Assembly: GCA_002633005.1 (NCBI GenBank)
Contig: NMRA01000761.1
Coordinates: 88,130-152,129, forward strand
Direction: 5' to 3'
Source of the DNA: Phoronis australis
Taxonomy: Eukaryota; Animalia; Phoronida
Length of the DNA: 64,000 nt
Shown piece by piece: positions 60,312-64,000 of this stretch; within the stretch, counting starts at the first letter, position 1, and each line of letters begins with the position of its first letter. The translations under genes were made by a program, and so were the position numbers. The notes below the pieces were generated by a model. That model searched no databases. It saw nothing but the letters and a program-made list of their open reading frames with translations, and was not told the DNA's origin.

Positions 60312-62156
60312 TTGTACTATACCTTTAAACAAAATATCGTCGGAGGTCCTAGTATTGTTTTTCATAGATACCACGAAAAGGGAAAGACGTGTATACGCCA
60401 GAGGGAGATGGAGAAAGCGGGAAAAATACCAAAGACGGTGTCAAAAATTCTGGGTTTCGACGTAAATGCACTTTACCTTCGTAGCATAATGAACGAGCAA
60501 CCGACCGGACCGTTTATTCGACGTAGGCAAGAAAATGATTTCCAACGAGAATTTTCCCACCCTAGGGCGCGAAAGGCAACGGCTTGGTTGGATTATGTAG
60601 CGTGGCAACGAGGAATTGGTATCCGACATCAGTTCAACGGGGTTGAAAAAAGGGTGGGTCAGCGTCGTATTCCAGTGGACGGTTTCTGTCGTCAGTCGCA
60701 CAAAGTGTTCCAATTCCAAGGATGTTACTGGCACGGCCACGACTGTCGTCTCACGAAAAACGACGACGGGACTCCGAGGACGAGGAACGAAACACGAAAC
60801 GTCGCCATGAGTGAGCTTATGGAAAACACCAAAAAAATTAGAGATTACATCATCGATCAAGGCTTTGATTACGAAGAGATTTGGGAATGTCAATTTGAGG
60901 ATTTGAAACTTCAAGCCGATACCTTACGTTCTTTTCTGAGAAGACGAGAGTTGTCCACGGAACGTTGCTACCGCTTGACGAGCGAACAAATAAAATCGTT
61001 CGTTCTAGACGGTACTCTGTTCGGGGTTGTGGAGTGTGACATCGAAGTCCCGAGCCATCTTAGAGAGCACTTTTCAGAAATGCAGCCTATATTCAAGAAC
61101 GTAGACATCACCAGAGACGTCCTAGGAGAATTTATGCGGGAGTATGCCGAGAAAAACAAAATCATGAGCCGACCACGACGATCTCTGGTAGGAAGTTTCT
61201 TCGGTAAAAAAATTTTGTTGGCGACCCCGCTTCTGAAATGGTACTTGGAACACGGCCTAGAGATAACAAACGTCTATCAAGTGGTCGAATTTGCTCCCGT
61301 AAAATGCTTCGAGCGTTTTGGTGAGGAAGTCAGCGACGCTAGGCGGGAAGGGGACAAAGACAAAAACAAAGCGATCGTGGCGCAGACGATGAAACTCATA
61401 GGCAACAGCGCGTATGGTAAGACGGTAACGAATCAAGAAAGACATCGTAACGTAAAGTATTGCGGAGAGGCTAAGGCTCAACGGGAAGTCCAATTCCCGG
61501 AATTTAGACACGTCAACTACATCGGGGACGGAACCTACGAATTGGAGATGAAAAAGAAGACCATCCGCCTGAACCTGCCGCTTCAAATAGGCTTTTTCGT
61601 TTATCAGTACGCAAAGTTGCGTATGTTGGAGTTTTATTACGACTTCATGTTAAGATTCGTCGACAGATCCGACTTCGAATATTGCGAAATGGACACGGAC
61701 TCGGCGTACATGGCCATATCCGGTAACTGTCTTGAGGACGTAATTAAACCAGACATGCGAGCAGCTTTCGAGAGGGAAAAACATCTTTGGTTCCCGCGAA
61801 CGGACACGGAAGAAAACGAAGCTTACGACACGCGCACGCCCGGCTTATTGAAACTGGAATTTGAAGGGGACTACTGCATCGCCCTTTGCTCTAAAACCTA
61901 TTACGTGGGGGCGGACGACGGTCAATCCCATTTTAGCTGTAAAGGAGTGCAAAGACAAAGAAATGCAATCGACAAGGCGAGGTACCTCAAAGTATTACAG
62001 ACCACAAAGAGTAGCTCGGCCCTCAACAAAGGATTCCGGTTAGGCGGTGATAACACTATGTATACCTACCTGCAAGAGAGGTGCGCGTTCACCTACTTTT
62101 ATCCCAAACGACAAGTGTTAGACGACGGCGTCACCACTGGACCTTTGAACATTTAA
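60312..62156 (+). CDS. Protein-primed DNA polymerase B, polymerase domain with Vsr-like nuclease insert; intact 614-codon ORF without exonuclease domain (Polinton-derived)
   Basis: Motif A GFDVNALYL (Asp codon 60459), motif B KLIGNSAYGKT (61392), motif C MDTDSAY (61692), SKTYY, C-terminal KRQVLDDGVTTGPL. The ORF starts at TTG; the first ATG is at 60408. Expression is unknown. Confidence 0.9.
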   Translation: MYYTFKQNIVGGPSIVFHRYHEKGKTCIRQREMEKAGKIPKTVSKILGFDVNALYLRSIMNEQPTGPFIRRRQENDFQREFSHPRARKATAWLDYVAWQRGIGIRHQFNGVEKRVGQRRIPVDGFCRQSHKVFQFQGCYWHGHDCRLTKNDDGTPRTRNETRNVAMSELMENTKKIRDYIIDQGFDYEEIWECQFEDLKLQADTLRSFLRRRELSTERCYRLTSEQIKSFVLDGTLFGVVECDIEVPSHLREHFSEMQPIFKNVDITRDVLGEFMREYAEKNKIMSRPRRSLVGSFFGKKILLATPLLKWYLEHGLEITNVYQVVEFAPVKCFERFGEEVSDARREGDKDKNKAIVAQTMKLIGNSAYGKTVTNQERHRNVKYCGEAKAQREVQFPEFRHVNYIGDGTYELEMKKKTIRLNLPLQIGFFVYQYAKLRMLEFYYDFMLRFVDRSDFEYCEMDTDSAYMAISGNCLEDVIKPDMRAAFEREKHLWFPRTDTEENEAYDTRTPGLLKLEFEGDYCIALCSKTYYVGADDGQSHFSCKGVQRQRNAIDKARYLKVLQTTKSSSALNKGFRLGGDNTMYTYLQERCAFTYFYPKRQVLDDGVTTGPLNI

Positions 62157-63788
62157 TTCGGACATTTGATAAATTTGCTATAGACTACTTTTCTGANCTC
62201 CATTGTTAGTAATTCTCGGTTAAACACGAAAAGTTTCTTTTCTCTCTTAGTTGACCACACTATTTCCAATACTTTGTATACCTACCTGCAAGCAAGGTGC
62301 GCGTTCACCTACTTTTATCCCAAAAGACGAGTGTTCGACGACGGCGTCACCACTGGACCTTTGAACATTTAATTCGGACATTTGATAATTTGCTATAGAC
62401 TACTTTTCTGAAAGTCTTGATGATTTTTGTAGTGTATTCGAATGATGATTTTTGTAGTGTTGGTTTAATACACGATTAAACGCTATCGGTTTTATGTTCT
62501 GTGTTAGCTGGTCGCCTCTTATCGTTATTAGTATTATTAATAGGATTCGCTTAGTACCGTCGGGGCCTGTGTTAGACTTTACGCGATATCTGCTGTTGAG
62601 TTGGGTGGTTATCCCCTTTTGTATACGCCTTTATTTTTGATATATGAGACAGAATAAACAATATACAACGACGACACTTGGCGCACACGAAATAAGTTTT
62701 GTTCTTATTCAGCATCCCTCTTTTGTTTCGATTCTCGATCCGTTGCTAGGAGCCGCGAAACGTGCATCGAGGCGCCTCTCTAACGGGGCTAATTAAACCT
62801 ATTACGTCATGAGGTGTAACGTCAATGACACATCCGTCCGGTTGTTTTTTTTATTTGATTACAAATCGCCAATTGTCGACGTTGTCTCCTAGACGGTCGC
62901 TGAATTCAAGGTTGGTGCCCTTGGTCTTTTAATAGGGCTAAATACTCTTCACTAAATGCTATTTTTATACGTTGAGATTTGACCCAGTGGTAGTAAGAGC
63001 GGTCTATGAAGTTGATGGGTTCACCTTCGCCCTATCACTAATTTCTGCAAAAATTACTCGACCTCTCACTAATAATATATCTTTAAAACACAACACGCGG
63101 AATGTATAGTTTCCTCAATTGAGTCGTCTATCGATCAGCTCTTTGGTGTATGAAACGGCACAACACTTGGCCAACACGTGGCGTGTATGAAGATTAATAA
63201 TTCTTACTTGTCGGAAACTTCATGGATTTAATGCATTTTGCTCGCAAGTTTAATATCCTGCCGTCAATTTTCCGCGCAATCTTTGTTTTCATAACTTATT
63301 TTTGTGACGATATAATTTTGCATCATCTAGACCAGCATTGACGAATGAAAAACGAGTTTCCCGCATTGTTTATCCATATCTTGTCGAAACTAAACCTCTA
63401 ATTATCTATGACGGAGATACCGATGTGTAAATCACCTAAGTGATGATCAAACTGTTTTGTAATTACCGACTGTAGAAAGGTTGTTTTCGAGTAATTTTGC
63501 TTGGTAGTTCAACGTCGAGCACCGTTTAGTGAAATTGCTGGTTACGAGGAATCCGATATCGATGCAACCAAGAAAGCAGACCCGTTATAGCATCTGTAAA
63601 GTAGCAACAGTTACGACCGATTATTTACTTTGTTCCCAAAAACTCCTGCAGTCTTGAAATTCTCGCGAAACTTGAGGAAACTCCTACTCGACAGTTTGAA
63701 GGCGATTATCTTCGGATACAGGACACATATTGGCAGATTACACTTATGTTCAACTCTTGTCTGTACTGAACGGAATACTGCAAGTAAT

Positions 63789-64000
63789 ATGAATGCTTCT
63801 GGTAACAGGACGGCTTGGTTTCTTAACGACCAAGTTTCCTTGTATTTCATTTCTGCCAGAGTGGTAATGCAAGTGTTTTGGATGTTTTATATATCACTCA
63901 GCAACGGATTAATCATTTACTGCATTCTGAAATATAAACTCTGGAAAAAGTCCTACAATGTTTTTATCGTCGGTCTTGCAGTTACCGATCTTCTTGTGGG
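63789..64000 (+). CDS. Rhodopsin-family (class A) GPCR, N-terminus to TM2, runs off the window end
   Basis: MNASGNRTAWFLNDQVSLYFISARVVMQVFWMFYISLSNGLIIYCILKYKLWKKSYNVFIVGLAVTDLLVG: two N-glycosylation sequons, TM1 Asn (SN), TM2 LAxxD. First in-frame ATG after an upstream TAG at 63588-63590. Confidence 0.85.
   Translation, partial: MNASGNRTAWFLNDQVSLYFISARVVMQVFWMFYISLSNGLIIYCILKYKLWKKSYNVFIVGLAVTDLLV

Larger units (their letters stand above)
56337..62842. mobile_element. Inverted duplication of a Polinton-like polB plus 3' flank: arms about 56337-58881 and 60270-62842, spacer about 1.4 kb
   Basis: Reverse-complement identity from CGGTAACGTATTCTTTACG (58881/60270) through the stop codon to GACACATCCGTCCGGT (56337/62842). 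No TSD seen. The right-arm tail 62276-62842 lies beyond an N join and appears to be a third partial copy. Confidence 0.8.

Noticed and set aside
58236-61586. Overlapping antisense and alternative-frame ORFs (e.g. 58236..58709, 58776..59285, 60441..60914, 61257..61586)
   Set aside because: Shadows of the polB coding sequence; no integrase, capsid or ATPase motifs.

Overview
Eukaryotic (animal) genomic DNA: AT-rich, long GT-AG introns and many small DNA-transposon relics. A marine invertebrate is my inference and cannot be confirmed from the sequence. (1) 6941-41693 (+): the 3' nine coding exons of a GPSM1/2 (LGN/AGS3/Pins) orthologue. They splice in phase into 421 aa with TPR repeats, the RRKSMENLELMKMTP linker and four GoLoco motifs; the 5' exons lie upstream of the window and the 3' UTR probably runs to about 46.7 kb. 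(2) 53103-49629 (-): a two-exon, 127-aa glutaredoxin-fold gene with DPAC in place of CPYC. (3) 56337-62842: an inverted pair of Polinton/Maverick-type protein-primed DNA polymerase B sequences carrying a Vsr-like nuclease insert. One copy is near full length but frameshifted; the other is an intact 614-codon ORF lacking the exonuclease domain. No integrase, capsid, ATPase or maturation protease gene was recognised in the window. (4) 63789-64000 (+): the start of a class A GPCR missed by the ORF track. The introns hold a 46-bp minisatellite built from an exon/5' splice junction, a ~435-bp foldback MITE, hAT-like and other MITEs with target-site duplications (TSDs), a THAP-encoding element end and a tRNA-derived SINE family. 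Several single N bases are flanked by duplicated sequence and mark assembly joins, so the polymerase structure needs long-read confirmation. Most short ORFs in the supplied track are spurious.
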